Below, piece after piece: positions 29,656 to 40,346 of a stretch of DNA of 64,000 bases (position 1 is the stretch's first letter; every line of letters begins with the position of its first letter). The translations under genes and the position numbers were made by a program. The DNA comes from a virus, in the IMG/VR virus record IMGVR_UViG_3300036985_006427, positions 45,966-109,965 of that record. The stretch is one strand, 5' to 3'. The notes under the pieces were generated by a model. That model worked only from the letters and a program-made list of their open reading frames with translations, was not told where the DNA came from and did no database searches.

Positions 29656-31506
29656 TTATACTGCAACGTCCGTTGAAGCTAGATATATGACAGATCCATT
29701 GTATCTCCAAGATACTATACGCACAGAATCTATCGCGTCCGCCGCCCAATCGGGTTCAGCTCCCATCCATTTGATCGTTCCAGCAGAAACCGCCCATACG
29801 ATATCTTTCGCAGCAGAAGCATGTTGTCTCACTATTATACTTCCAGCGCTAGAACCTGTCGGAACAGTTAATGTAGCGGTGACAGTCCCTGTAGCAGATG
29901 TCAGAGCTAAGGTTTGATGATTGCCGCTGTCTAAAGTTATAGTCTGCGTTGTTCCAGATGGAGTGTTGGTTGTTTCGCTGTGACAGGCCAGCTTGTAGAA
30001 TTTTGTTACTCCAGAAGACTCAATCTGAACACTTGTGGCAGAGATCGTAGATCCAATAGGTGTAGTAGCGAACTTAATTAAAGATCCGTGGCCTGTAGAG
30101 GTTATATCTTCAGCAGCGACGAATCCAATGTAGGCCCCAGCGAGAGTATGAAATGCTGATCCATTATGATAACCGTATGATCCGAAGACCCCAATTATAT
30201 CTGCGCTAAGAGCTTGTGTGGGTGATCCACTTGTGCCCTGAGCTTTTCTAAATCTTACAGATGAAATACTCGCCCCGTATCTTTCGACGTGTATGTTTGC
30301 GTTGGTAACAGTTGTAGTGTTAGAACAGTTTAGTTCTTGGGCAAAAGTGGCGGCACCAGCATTCGTGAAACTCAGCCACGGTGCAATCGTTGTAGTACCT
30401 GCACTATACCCCCCAATCGTCAAGCCTCTCAGAGTGCCACCGGTACTACCGTTCTCTGGTCCGATTTCGAAGTTCGCAGAGGCTTTGCCTCGAACGTTGA
30501 TTCGTTCGTAGCTCGTAGTAGATGTCCATGTGCCGTAGACTCCGAATGACTGAACATTCGCCGCATTTCTGAGTGCTAGTGTACCTGCAGCGTCTCTATA
30601 TAAATATAAATCTTTAGTTCCGGCTGAGTCATCACTACTTGTCCAAGCGATATTATTATTAGCATTAAGTGTAATTCCACTATCGCTAAACTGCAGTCTG
30701 CCTGTACTCTCTCCCAATACTCTAAATCCAACAGTATAGTTAGTTGTCCATACAAGAGCCGCTCCGACATTTCCAACTAAGGAACTCGACCCAAATGTCA
30801 GTTTATTTGAGTTGAGTATTATTTCACCTCCAAAATTACTCGTTCCACTCTCCACATTCAACACATAAGCACTCGTGATCGTAGCATTCGTGCCAGCCAC
30901 CGGAGGTCCACTAATTGACAACGTACTCGCAGTAGTGATCGTACTCGCCCCAACAAATCCATAAGTCGGAGCCTGAATTCGCATCGCCCGCTGAGTGGTC
31001 AAAGCTCCTGTTGCGAACTGAACAGTTCGTGCTAGGTTGAAGTTAAGGTCTGTTGCTTCAGTGGACGCTGTAAGCGTAGTGTGGGCGGCACCAGTTAGAG
31101 TCAGTGCAGTAGGCGATCCATCAGTAGATACCGTTTGGCTTAAAACTATACCACTAGCATTGAGACTTGTGAAATTTCCACTAGAAGCATAAATATTTCT
31201 AAATTGTAAATTCTGATCGCCAATATCATAGGTGTTATTAGTCATTGGCATGACATTTCCATTGTCCGTAATCTTAATCTTGCCAATAGCCCCTGCTGTA
31301 GAAGAGGCTGTGGCGAAGACTAAAGATGTTGGATTAGAAGCAGACTGAAAAGACCCTTCTGCCTGAGCTATAACTCTAGCGCCAACAGAGATAGCTGAAA
31401 GACCATCGATTTCAGAGGAGGCGGCAAAACTAAGTTTTCCCACTTCATCGCCAGATGCAACTATCGTACTGTTGCTTTGTAGAGTTAAGCTTCTCATGAT
31501 ACTCAT
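29656..31506 (-). CDS. Tail fibre-like protein (616 aa)
   Basis: S/T/G-rich; PMTNNTYDIG (P...YDLG) fibre motif; mosaic composition. Confidence 0.7.
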   Translation of the reverse strand: MSIMRSLTLQSNSTIVASGDEVGKLSFAASSEIDGLSAISVGARVIAQAEGSFQSASNPTSLVFATASSTAGAIGKIKITDNGNVMPMTNNTYDIGDQNLQFRNIYASSGNFTSLNASGIVLSQTVSTDGSPTALTLTGAAHTTLTASTEATDLNFNLARTVQFATGALTTQRAMRIQAPTYGFVGASTITTASTLSISGPPVAGTNATITSAYVLNVESGTSNFGGEIILNSNKLTFGSSSLVGNVGAALVWTTNYTVGFRVLGESTGRLQFSDSGITLNANNNIAWTSSDDSAGTKDLYLYRDAAGTLALRNAANVQSFGVYGTWTSTTSYERINVRGKASANFEIGPENGSTGGTLRGLTIGGYSAGTTTIAPWLSFTNAGAATFAQELNCSNTTTVTNANIHVERYGASISSVRFRKAQGTSGSPTQALSADIIGVFGSYGYHNGSAFHTLAGAYIGFVAAEDITSTGHGSLIKFATTPIGSTISATSVQIESSGVTKFYKLACHSETTNTPSGTTQTITLDSGNHQTLALTSATGTVTATLTVPTGSSAGSIIVRQHASAAKDIVWAVSAGTIKWMGAEPDWAADAIDSVRIVSWRYNGSVIYLASTDVAV

Positions 31507-31522
31507 AAAACGTTATGTCCTA

Positions 31523-32992
31523 TTATAGAATGTGCCAGTTTGTTCCATCTGAAGCTACACTTAAAGATTCATACTGATGATACAACAAGACCGAAGTCGA
31601 ACCGTCAATAGTTGCTGATCCTCCTCTTTCGACAGTAACCGTTCCTGCTGCGCTGTCAACTTTCTTCACATGCATAATCTTTCCTGTTGCAACCGCTGGC
31701 AGATTAACAGTGATACCACCCGCACCAGCCGTGCAAAGATTGATATCATTGCTCAGAATCACGTTTGTGCTAACAGCGGCTGCTGTTCTTGATCTTTTAA
31801 CTTCAGCAACACCAGCGTCTTTAATTCTTAGAATATCAGCATTAACTTCTACCGTAGAATTATCAACATTTAAACTAAGGACACCACTACCATCTGTAAT
31901 GAGACCAGTACCAGCAAGGTAACTGCCAACATCAGAAATGGTGCTACGCTGCTCTGTCGCTCCGTCAAAGTCAAGCATAGCGAAGCTGTCACCGCTAGCA
32001 AGTGCCACAACAGAAAACTCGTTAAAGTCAATGCTCAACACTTGGCTAGCCATTGCCAAACCGTTACCAGCAACCCCAGCATTCAATGTACCGCTAACGG
32101 TATCTGTTGCGCTAACGGTAAAGCTAATAGCAGTTCCGCCTTTAAACATTAATGTATTTGAATCTAACATTGTTTCAGTCGTCGCACCATCGCTGATGCT
32201 AAAACTGCTCATAGATCCAAGTCCAGTAATAAAAGTCTCTCTATTTACCTTGGTTAGACCTGTAGTAGAAGCGTCGTACAGCAAGATAAAATCGTTTGTT
32301 CCATCAACAGCTCCAGTGAGTGTTGGCTGTGAACTGATAGCGGTTTTATCTAACGCTGTTGTCAAAGTGACATTGCTACCGCCGTTAAAATTCTCAGCAG
32401 ATGCTAACGTCTGACCAGAAACAGTAAAAGTCCTTGTTGTTGCAAGGGTAGTTGCGGTTGTTGCTGTTGTTGCGGTACTTGCATTGCCCGCCAATTCACC
32501 GGAAACACCTTGAACTTTCAACCAACCGAGCTGGCCGGTAAATACGTTGGAGGTCATATTTCCTGTCGAGTACAGAGCAAAACCTTGAGTGTCATCGTCC
32601 CAGCCAAAGAAACCAGATCTTGCTGCACCATTATAATAATTAAAAGCAATGCCGCGATCAAAATTATCATCAACAGTAGGAGAGCCACTCCCAAGAACAA
32701 TAACTGGATCTTCAACAGTAACAGTTGTAGAGTTAACGGTTGTTGTCGTGCCATTAACAGTAAGATTACCGGCAATACTCAGACTTTGAGTAAGGCTAAC
32801 ATTACCATTAGACGCAATTGAGATTGAATCAGAATCATCCTGCGTGCCAATAAAGCCGCCATTTGGTAATCTTAAAGAATTATTTACAACGTCGTAAGTG
32901 AACGAAGAGACTGATTCGTAAAGTTTATCAGTAGCCGAGGTGCCAAAAAAAACTATACCACTAGGATTACGATCAAAGGGAGAAAATGACAT
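31523..32992 (-). CDS. Fibre-like protein (489 aa)
   Basis: GNLTVNGTTTTVNSTTVTVEDP motif; C-terminal LP...GK..VKK...TIDG...SDGTNW domain. Confidence 0.75.
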   Translation of the reverse strand: MSFSPFDRNPSGIVFFGTSATDKLYESVSSFTYDVVNNSLRLPNGGFIGTQDDSDSISIASNGNVSLTQSLSIAGNLTVNGTTTTVNSTTVTVEDPVIVLGSGSPTVDDNFDRGIAFNYYNGAARSGFFGWDDDTQGFALYSTGNMTSNVFTGQLGWLKVQGVSGELAGNASTATTATTATTLATTRTFTVSGQTLASAENFNGGSNVTLTTALDKTAISSQPTLTGAVDGTNDFILLYDASTTGLTKVNRETFITGLGSMSSFSISDGATTETMLDSNTLMFKGGTAISFTVSATDTVSGTLNAGVAGNGLAMASQVLSIDFNEFSVVALASGDSFAMLDFDGATEQRSTISDVGSYLAGTGLITDGSGVLSLNVDNSTVEVNADILRIKDAGVAEVKRSRTAAAVSTNVILSNDINLCTAGAGGITVNLPAVATGKIMHVKKVDSAAGTVTVERGGSATIDGSTSVLLYHQYESLSVASDGTNWHIL

Positions 32993-33047
32993 ATTAAAAA
33001 CTCCAGCTAAAGTGTTTAAAAATAAATTATAAAACTAATCTACACCA

Positions 33048-33632
33048 TTAAATTAGAAACCAATTTGAATTATCTGATATTAAAGTATAGCTTTCGTGCC
33101 TAAAAAGAATTCCTAATCCACTTTGTCCGTCTATAGTTTGAGATCCGCTAGGTATAAGTATTCCTGAATTAGACCCAGACTTAAACTTTACAGTGAAATG
33201 TTTCCCTCCATTTTCCACTGCTGTCGGTAAATATACTTTTACAGGATTATTAGTGGTATCTAAGAAAACAACATCAGAGTCATTTGATAAGCTAACATCT
33301 GAATTAATGTTAACAAAGTTTCTATAACCCGACAATGTAGCCTTGCTTGCCGGAAGAGTGCAAAATACAATGGAAATTCCTTCAAGGTTTACTTTTGCTC
33401 CACCGGCAGAGCTGTTAAAAATAGTATCTCTAGACAGAGAATTTGAAGAAGATGTATAAACACCCTTACCAACTTCCCACCTACTGTTGTTTTCTATAGC
33501 GTAATATGTTTCATTTCCATTGCCAATACCCTGATTGAAGCTTTGAAAAGCTCCATAAGCACCATTTAAAGCTACGGAGCCGCTGCCGACAGTTGAAGAT
33601 GTTTCTTTTACTCTATCCGATAAAATAAACAT
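33048..33632 (-). CDS. Two-domain virion protein
   Basis: N-domain like 20050..24741 (LSDRVKETS); C-domain like 31523..32992 (TIDG...SDNSNW). Confidence 0.7.
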   Translation of the reverse strand: MFILSDRVKETSSTVGSGSVALNGAYGAFQSFNQGIGNGNETYYAIENNSRWEVGKGVYTSSSNSLSRDTIFNSSAGGAKVNLEGISIVFCTLPASKATLSGYRNFVNINSDVSLSNDSDVVFLDTTNNPVKVYLPTAVENGGKHFTVKFKSGSNSGILIPSGSQTIDGQSGLGILFRHESYTLISDNSNWFLI

Positions 33633-33730
33633 TTTAAATCCCTAATAAACGTTTCTATCCGCAGCGTATTGGTGTACAATAATTTAGAAGTGAATTAACC
33701 GTAATATTAGTCGAATCTACCTAACTATCA

Positions 33731-34393
33731 CTAGAGACCGCATAGACTCCGTAAAGTCTGACTAGCCTCACCTGTGTTGCACGAAGTTTGAACAAAAGGG
33801 CATATAATGTCTTCGTTGCGATTCGAAATACTTGATACTATGATTTTATGATCCGACCTAGCATCTTGCTTTAGTTTTTCCACAGTAGCTTCAACTTGGA
33901 TTGCTGTCATACTGCCGGAATCATCAACAAAAATTGCAACCTCTCTGGAAGAATTGAAAGACTGTAATACATCTCCTCCGTAGTGATTTACTATTGTTTT
34001 TATTCTTTGCCAAGGGTCATTCTGATCTGCTGTATAGGTATTACCATAATCCCTTTTCATATACTTAATTAATCCTCCATAAAATTTATTGTATTCTAGT
34101 TTTAGAGAAAAAGCTTTTGGCCAAGATATAAATGTTGAAGGATAAGACACAGACCCTTCGTAAAGGCCAGCTTGAACGTCTAAAACAAACAGCAATCTAT
34201 CTGGATATGCTAGTCTCCATAAATACATTTTCTGGTTAAAAGAATTAGCACCAACATCTGATCTAGCAGTGTCATCAATAATCGCTACGCAAATAACTTT
34301 TTCGCAATCTGAAATTTGCGGTTCTTCCGAGCCTCCAGAACCTCCAGAACCTGCGTTTCCGCAACAAGGATTGCATTGATTTGGTCTTCCCAT
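33731..34393 (-). CDS. Protein with vWA-like MIDAS motif
   Basis: VAIFVDDSGSM (DxSxS) and Cys-rich N-terminus CNPCC. Confidence 0.5.
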   Translation of the reverse strand: MGRPNQCNPCCGNAGSGGSGGSEEPQISDCEKVICVAIIDDTARSDVGANSFNQKMYLWRLAYPDRLLFVLDVQAGLYEGSVSYPSTFISWPKAFSLKLEYNKFYGGLIKYMKRDYGNTYTADQNDPWQRIKTIVNHYGGDVLQSFNSSREVAIFVDDSGSMTAIQVEATVEKLKQDARSDHKIIVSSISNRNEDIICPFVQTSCNTGEASQTLRSLCGL

Positions 34394-34403
34394 GTTTGTT
34401 TCC

Positions 34404-37076
34404 TTAGCAACTAACCCATATAGGTCGATATTCGTTTCCTAACTTTATAGCAACAACGTATGTATTAACATTTAAAGTAAGTTTACTGTCCCTGTTGGTG
34501 ACGTAAACACTTCGCCCAGCAGAAATTCCATTTTCATATACTGTCAACAATCCAGATTGTGGACTAACGATACCTGTCACTGGCGTAAAGTTCTGAGATA
34601 ATATTCCTTCAACGAACAGTGGATTGATGCTAGAGGTTGTGCTTACAACATGCCCACTGCAACTCATGTAAGCAACCATATTGTTGTTGCAATACCACGA
34701 TTGAAGAACCTTGTTTCCACTTATTATTGGATTGCCTGAATGACCAACTGTGTCTTCATACCTAACTTCCAAAGGAGCTGTAGGAGTTAACCTTGCATCA
34801 CCTATAGATATATTTCTCAAGTCTGTGCGTCCAGCAATAGCCTTGTTGATGGCAAGTCTGTTGGATAATGCTAAATCGGCTGGGTCAGAGAACAATCTTT
34901 GGTTATCGCCTAACCCTGCTACAATCTCAATATTTCCTGTTCCGCCTTCTCCGGCAGTCGCAGTTCCTTTGAGCGCAAATTTTCCGATACCAACGGAGCT
35001 TGTCAAAGTGGAGTTTAAACCAGCGCTGTTTCCAATAAACACACAATCTACTGCTGAGTCTGAATTTTTACCAGCACTGGTTCCAATGCACACGGCGTAG
35101 GCCGTATTGTTAGAACCTTCACCAGCGGACGGTCCAATGAAAATATTATTGAATGGTGTTGAAAGCGTTGGGTTTGATACTGTAGCATTGGCTCCAGCGT
35201 AAGACCCAATGATAACTGAATTGTATTGACCGCTAGAACCAAAGGCAACGTCACAACCTATCATCACAGATCTTGCGTTTGCCGATGTGTTTACATTCAG
35301 TTCGTTTTCTGGGTTAGAAATCAAAACATTGCAGTTTTCTGCTATCGAAGATATTCCACTGGACACGTAGTCTGCTAAACCCTGCAAAGACATCTTGCCT
35401 ATTTTAGAAGAATTTGTTCCGTCCAACTGAACAGCAACAAAAGTATTGTCTGTTCTGATGTTGTTGGATACTGAACCAGCAAGACCCAAAGATGAATAAT
35501 TAAGACTAAAATAGTTTGAATTATTTGAAGCTTGAAATGCCTTGTTTACTCCAGATACTCCAAAAGTTGGAATCAATTCAAAAGAAGATAATCCATCCAA
35601 TGAAGTTCCATCTCCGAAGAATATAGATCCTGTCACATCTAGGTTGCCGTATAACCTACAGTAAGAGCCAATAGGGTCTAATTCAAGTAAAGTCTTTTTA
35701 TTTGAAAGATCGGTATTTAGGAAATTGAATCTTAATTTATCTCTAGCTGGATTGCCTGTGCCTGCAGGAGCATCATGGTCGATGACATCTAAGTTTATTA
35801 CTTCTCTATCAGAGTTAGAACCAGTATTAATATATTCTGTTGATACTTTAAATTCTGAAGCTTGCGTTTGGCTTACAGAAAAATATCCACCAAGAATTGT
35901 TAAAAATTTACCTCCTTGCAACAGATTGCCTGTCACAAGAGGTGAGGTTCCAAATCCAATTGCCAAAGCTCCCGTTGGAGGCTCGTCGTTATTGCATAAG
36001 TTTCTTCCTATCAGTATTGTGTCTTTTACGACATATGGGTTGTACTCGTCCGCATTTATCAGGTTATTACTGCCAATGATAACGTTGCCTGTGGCACTGG
36101 AGTAAGTCGTGAGATTTTCAGCTCCGACGATTGTATTGTTTACTGATGATGTAAGACCGCTACCAGTTAAATATCCAATCATCGTGCTTCGTGAAGATTG
36201 AGAACTTTGACCGATATGAAAACCAGCAAAGTATCCGTAGCATGTATTTCTTATGCTATTTGCATTAACGGTTCTAACGTTGGGGGTATACCAACCTCCA
36301 TGTGTATTTCCGTGGATGTTTCCGTATATCAGTCCGTGCAAGTTATTTTCTGGCACTAAATCTTGACTAAGCACAAGATTTGTTTCAGCTCCTCCATCAT
36401 CTTTAAAGAACAAGGCTTGTGTTCTTCCTCCTCCAGAATATGGTTTTACGTAAATTTTACCAAAGTCTGCGTGATTTGCTGGCGATGAAGCTTGTTCATG
36501 CATGGATATTGTGCCGCTATCCTGATGACCAGCGCATGAATAGGATATTGTCAGAGGCGCGTTTGCTTCAAATGTTCTGACGGAACCAGATCTTGTGAGC
36601 CCTAGGCTGATATAACCTCTTTCTGAAATTGACAAGTGAGAAAATTCAACACCTTGAGTGCCACTCGCGCGAATGAGAGAAAAATCAACAACAGTTTTAT
36701 CTCCAGTCACTCCCGGTCCCGGATCAACACATGGGTTATTCCCATAATATCCGCCAATTATCGAGGCATCATCAAGAGCTGGGTCATAACAGATATGCAA
36801 TCCTGATGACCTTGAGTTTCCGTTTCCCAATAATTCCAGAGAACTTCTATAAGATTTTGATGGACCACTAGAAAATCTGATATTAGAATTTCCAGTAGAT
36901 TGAACGTTCAGTATAGTCGCAGGAAGAAAAGGAGAGCCTGTCGATGGATTGTATTCGGCGTTTGTTATGCCAACGAGACCAGACTGAGATGCTGTTCCGC
37001 CATTTCTTAAAATTGTGACAGCTTCTCTTACGTTTGAGTTGCCGTTATCAATATGTACAGATAATCTATCTTTCAT
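34404..37076 (-). CDS. Fibre-like virion protein (890 aa)
   Basis: IGxxAG repeat tracts; S/G/N-rich. Confidence 0.7.
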   Translation of the reverse strand: MKDRLSVHIDNGNSNVREAVTILRNGGTASQSGLVGITNAEYNPSTGSPFLPATILNVQSTGNSNIRFSSGPSKSYRSSLELLGNGNSRSSGLHICYDPALDDASIIGGYYGNNPCVDPGPGVTGDKTVVDFSLIRASGTQGVEFSHLSISERGYISLGLTRSGSVRTFEANAPLTISYSCAGHQDSGTISMHEQASSPANHADFGKIYVKPYSGGGRTQALFFKDDGGAETNLVLSQDLVPENNLHGLIYGNIHGNTHGGWYTPNVRTVNANSIRNTCYGYFAGFHIGQSSQSSRSTMIGYLTGSGLTSSVNNTIVGAENLTTYSSATGNVIIGSNNLINADEYNPYVVKDTILIGRNLCNNDEPPTGALAIGFGTSPLVTGNLLQGGKFLTILGGYFSVSQTQASEFKVSTEYINTGSNSDREVINLDVIDHDAPAGTGNPARDKLRFNFLNTDLSNKKTLLELDPIGSYCRLYGNLDVTGSIFFGDGTSLDGLSSFELIPTFGVSGVNKAFQASNNSNYFSLNYSSLGLAGSVSNNIRTDNTFVAVQLDGTNSSKIGKMSLQGLADYVSSGISSIAENCNVLISNPENELNVNTSANARSVMIGCDVAFGSSGQYNSVIIGSYAGANATVSNPTLSTPFNNIFIGPSAGEGSNNTAYAVCIGTSAGKNSDSAVDCVFIGNSAGLNSTLTSSVGIGKFALKGTATAGEGGTGNIEIVAGLGDNQRLFSDPADLALSNRLAINKAIAGRTDLRNISIGDARLTPTAPLEVRYEDTVGHSGNPIISGNKVLQSWYCNNNMVAYMSCSGHVVSTTSSINPLFVEGILSQNFTPVTGIVSPQSGLLTVYENGISAGRSVYVTNRDSKLTLNVNTYVVAIKLGNEYRPIWVSC

Positions 37077-37079
37077 TGT

Positions 37080-38681
37080 TTATTCCTGATTCCGCTCGTC
37101 ATGGTAAATGATACTGAATCCACGGGCTGTATTTACATTTCTTATTCTGCTGGCAAATCTTTGAGTGATTTTAACTCCTGAATCCACAGTTCCGTACATA
37201 ACAGTATAATTGTATCCACTTGGGTTGTTGCTTATAATGTCGGTGCCAGATCGAGATATGAAGTTGATATCGTTCAGTGTCTGATAAGCATTGTTTACAT
37301 GTGGCTCTTGACCAACAATCACTCTTTGACCAGATGCTTCAAACGGCTCTAAGAATATTCCCATGCATCCGCTTTGAGTAACTACAGATGCGGTGTTTCT
37401 TCCCAACAGTCTGTCTGAAATTAAAGATGCTCCAGCATCTATTTCGAGAGAGATGTTGGATTCAAATCTAGATCTGCTGTACGGATTGTCGTTTGGCAAG
37501 CCGTTTAAAGTTGGGTCTGGCTGTTTGTATATGAATTTGTAATCTCTTAAGTATGAATTTGCGGCACCACTAGAGTGAATTTCAAGACCAGCGCCATCCA
37601 GTGATACATCGTCTAGAAACCCGCAAACAGAAGAATTATGAAAACCGTCATCTTCAGCGTCACAAAACCCACTGGTAGCCAGATGCAGGGTTTTGCATTC
37701 ATAAAGACAGTTGGTTATGGTGTTGTACTCTACATCGTTAGCTTTTAATTGACCGCTGATAACAACATCGTTGAAATAACCATCCCATCTCAACAATGGA
37801 TGTCCGATAGCATATCTGTCGTTGATGTTTGGAACCAAGTCACCATAGACTGTGAGCCTTGCATCAGCTATATTGTGCATGGCTCCAGATGGTTTTCCGC
37901 CAATTCCAACAAGATTTCCAGAAAAATATACTGATTCATTTATTGAAGACCACGGTTTTTGACTTCTGCCTAAATTGAAACTACCACTGTTTGTTGGAGA
38001 TATATCCCCAGAAACCTGAAGCATTCCAAAGTTATGAAGAGAGTTTGTTCCAATTGCTAATTTATGCTGAGCTGGATTAAGATTTCCAAATAACAATGGA
38101 GCTTGACCCGAAAAGACTGGATTGCCATTTTGATCACATACGGATTCTGACGATATGGGATTTGCCGAAACAACCAAAGTGTAGCTGTCGTTTGGACTCA
38201 CGTACCAACCAGCTCCATGACCTATAGCAATATTGAAATCGCCAGTCTTGTTGTTGTAAAGCGTAAAGTTCCCAATGCCAATATTTCCAGAACCAATAGT
38301 ATTTCCAGCTAACGACAGGTGACCCAAAGATGTGTTTGAACTTCCATATAAATTACATGAAAGTGAATAGCTGCCAACGGCAGTATTTCCGCTTCCATTA
38401 TAATTATTTCTCAAGGAAGCATAACCAACCGCAGTATTGTCTACGCTGGTTCTTCCAGCAAGAAACATACTGGATAAAGCTAATTTTCCAGCAAATGTAG
38501 TTCTTGTTTCTGGGGTTGAAAAATTACTTGAAACAAGTTCATTTCCAGCAAAAAAGTTTGGAAATGAATCTATTAAATCAATCAAGCTTGTACGTAAGTC
38601 AAGCGGAGATATTTCCTGAGTTGCATTGTCTGGAAGCAACCCCTGAATGTAAGTAATGTATTCAGCCTTTGTGAACCTCAT
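37080..38681 (-). CDS. Fibre-like virion protein (533 aa)
   Basis: 14-aa NTAVGxxSLxxNxxG repeats. Confidence 0.7.
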   Translation of the reverse strand: MRFTKAEYITYIQGLLPDNATQEISPLDLRTSLIDLIDSFPNFFAGNELVSSNFSTPETRTTFAGKLALSSMFLAGRTSVDNTAVGYASLRNNYNGSGNTAVGSYSLSCNLYGSSNTSLGHLSLAGNTIGSGNIGIGNFTLYNNKTGDFNIAIGHGAGWYVSPNDSYTLVVSANPISSESVCDQNGNPVFSGQAPLLFGNLNPAQHKLAIGTNSLHNFGMLQVSGDISPTNSGSFNLGRSQKPWSSINESVYFSGNLVGIGGKPSGAMHNIADARLTVYGDLVPNINDRYAIGHPLLRWDGYFNDVVISGQLKANDVEYNTITNCLYECKTLHLATSGFCDAEDDGFHNSSVCGFLDDVSLDGAGLEIHSSGAANSYLRDYKFIYKQPDPTLNGLPNDNPYSRSRFESNISLEIDAGASLISDRLLGRNTASVVTQSGCMGIFLEPFEASGQRVIVGQEPHVNNAYQTLNDINFISRSGTDIISNNPSGYNYTVMYGTVDSGVKITQRFASRIRNVNTARGFSIIYHDERNQE

Positions 38682-38690
38682 TGGTTATCT

Positions 38691-39179
38691 CTATTGTAGT
38701 TTAATTTGTAGTGTTGATAAGTCAAACTTTACAGAGTCGCCTTGATAAATAATTCTTGGGTTGTTTAATTGTGCATACATAAGCATGTTTCCAAGCCCGT
38801 ACTGTCCTGAGTCAACAATAGCTATTCCGGAAATCCAGCCCCAATCAGTCAGAGCAGTTGGAAATAACACTGTGTTTGTATTTTTAATAAGTCCACTTCC
38901 AGCATTATGATCGGCAATGAAATATGACCAAACGGAATCTCCGTTTGTGGATGGATTGCCAAGATCATATCTCGCATAACCAGTTGATGCACCACCGGGA
39001 GTTCCAGATGGAATCTCTGGTAAAGTGCCGCCTTTTGCGTACTGAGATGATCCGGTGTTAGATTCTCTTGGAACCCCACTGCACAACGCTATAGCTATAT
39101 TGGTTGGTTTTGGAAAAGAACCATTTCTAAAAAGATGATGGAGCAATCCAGATTCCAAGTAATCAGAAAAAGCAGTCAT
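38691..39179 (-). CDS. Small virion structural protein
   Basis: MTAFSDYLE...GYAR...FPTA..DWG pattern; paralogue of 29055..29495. Confidence 0.7.
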   Translation of the reverse strand: MTAFSDYLESGLLHHLFRNGSFPKPTNIAIALCSGVPRESNTGSSQYAKGGTLPEIPSGTPGGASTGYARYDLGNPSTNGDSVWSYFIADHNAGSGLIKNTNTVLFPTALTDWGWISGIAIVDSGQYGLGNMLMYAQLNNPRIIYQGDSVKFDLSTLQIKLQ

Positions 39180-39238
39180 AAAATTATCCTCTTTACGAAT
39201 CCTATCTATTGGAATACGATTTACAAATTATTATACAC

Positions 39239-39281
39239 AAAAAAAGAGCCATCACCAAACAAATGGAGATGGCTCTTCTTG
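39239..39281 (-). terminator. Intrinsic terminator after major capsid gene
   Basis: AAGAGCCATC...GATGGCTCTT hairpin followed by a T-tract on the minus strand. Confidence 0.8.
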
Positions 39282-39305
39282 TAGATAAAAGCAGATTAAA
39301 TACTA

Positions 39306-40313
39306 TTAGTATGAACCAAGGATAATTCGACGATTGTCGAGAACGCCAAATCCAAGTTCAGCAAATCCATAGTAACCAACTCTCTGCTGACGATGAAGTG
39401 AAGGATCTTCAAACACCTGAAGAGCCTGCTTCATAGGCATGATAAAGCTATCGCTAGAACCCTGATCGAGACCAATAACCAACTCTAGGTCGCTAGCCTG
39501 AACAGCGCCGCCAAGACCATTTGTGAAGAAGTCTTGGTACTCTTGACCTTCGCCAAGTTCGTCTAGGTCATGCAGGTTAACACCAAAGATACGAGTGATA
39601 GGAGCGCCACCTTCACTCGCTGAATAGATTTCGCGACGGGTAACTTCATCAATCTGATCAAGACCCCAATTGCGAACATCTTCAAGAGATTCTGGAGATA
39701 CGTAAAGATCAGTCAATCTACCTCGATTGGCTGAACCAGTGTTGCCACCAGCATTTCTACGCATAACAGTCTGCATAAGAGAAACGAATCTCTTTGTGAA
39801 TAGACCGGCTGTAGCATCACCGTCATAAACCAAGATGTTGCGATCAACACCAGCAGCCAACAGCGTGTGAAAACCGTCATCGTTCATCTTCTTTACGAAG
39901 CCAGCTTCCATTACCTGTGCGGCACGAGCAGCAACATCCCAGCGAGCTTCACGAGCATAACGCAGCAAATAATCGATGCTGGACGTGATCGTGTAGGTAG
40001 GAATCGTTACATAATCACTTTCAACCGCACGTTCAGGAATACGACCGTGACCCGGATTTGTGTAAGCAACGTGCTCACCTTCAAGTCCCGGAGAAATCAA
40101 GTCGAGAGGATATTCAGTGCTTGCGCCCGGCTCAACACTGATTGTCTCGAAGATATCAGAAAGAATATTGCCAACAAGAACACCCTTACGCAAAGGAAGT
40201 TCAAGAGCTTTAGCAAACTCACGCTGAGATGCAAGAGCTACATTCTGATCATTATCACCAGTCTTTGAAAAAAGACTGATAAATTCATTACTAGGTCTCT
40301 CTGTATATGACAT
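39306..40313 (-). CDS. Major capsid protein
   Basis: 335 aa, AAGGAGA SD, terminator after, follows portal-protease-decoration genes. Confidence 0.85.
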   Translation of the reverse strand: MSYTERPSNEFISLFSKTGDNDQNVALASQREFAKALELPLRKGVLVGNILSDIFETISVEPGASTEYPLDLISPGLEGEHVAYTNPGHGRIPERAVESDYVTIPTYTITSSIDYLLRYAREARWDVAARAAQVMEAGFVKKMNDDGFHTLLAAGVDRNILVYDGDATAGLFTKRFVSLMQTVMRRNAGGNTGSANRGRLTDLYVSPESLEDVRNWGLDQIDEVTRREIYSASEGGAPITRIFGVNLHDLDELGEGQEYQDFFTNGLGGAVQASDLELVIGLDQGSSDSFIMPMKQALQVFEDPSLHRQQRVGYYGFAELGFGVLDNRRIILGSY

Positions 40314-40346
40314 ATTATATATCTCCTTTAAAATTAAAGATTAGTT

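Noticed and set aside
20050-38681. Diversity-generating retroelement target in fibre genes
   Set aside because: No reverse transcriptase and no TR/VR pair seen in the window.
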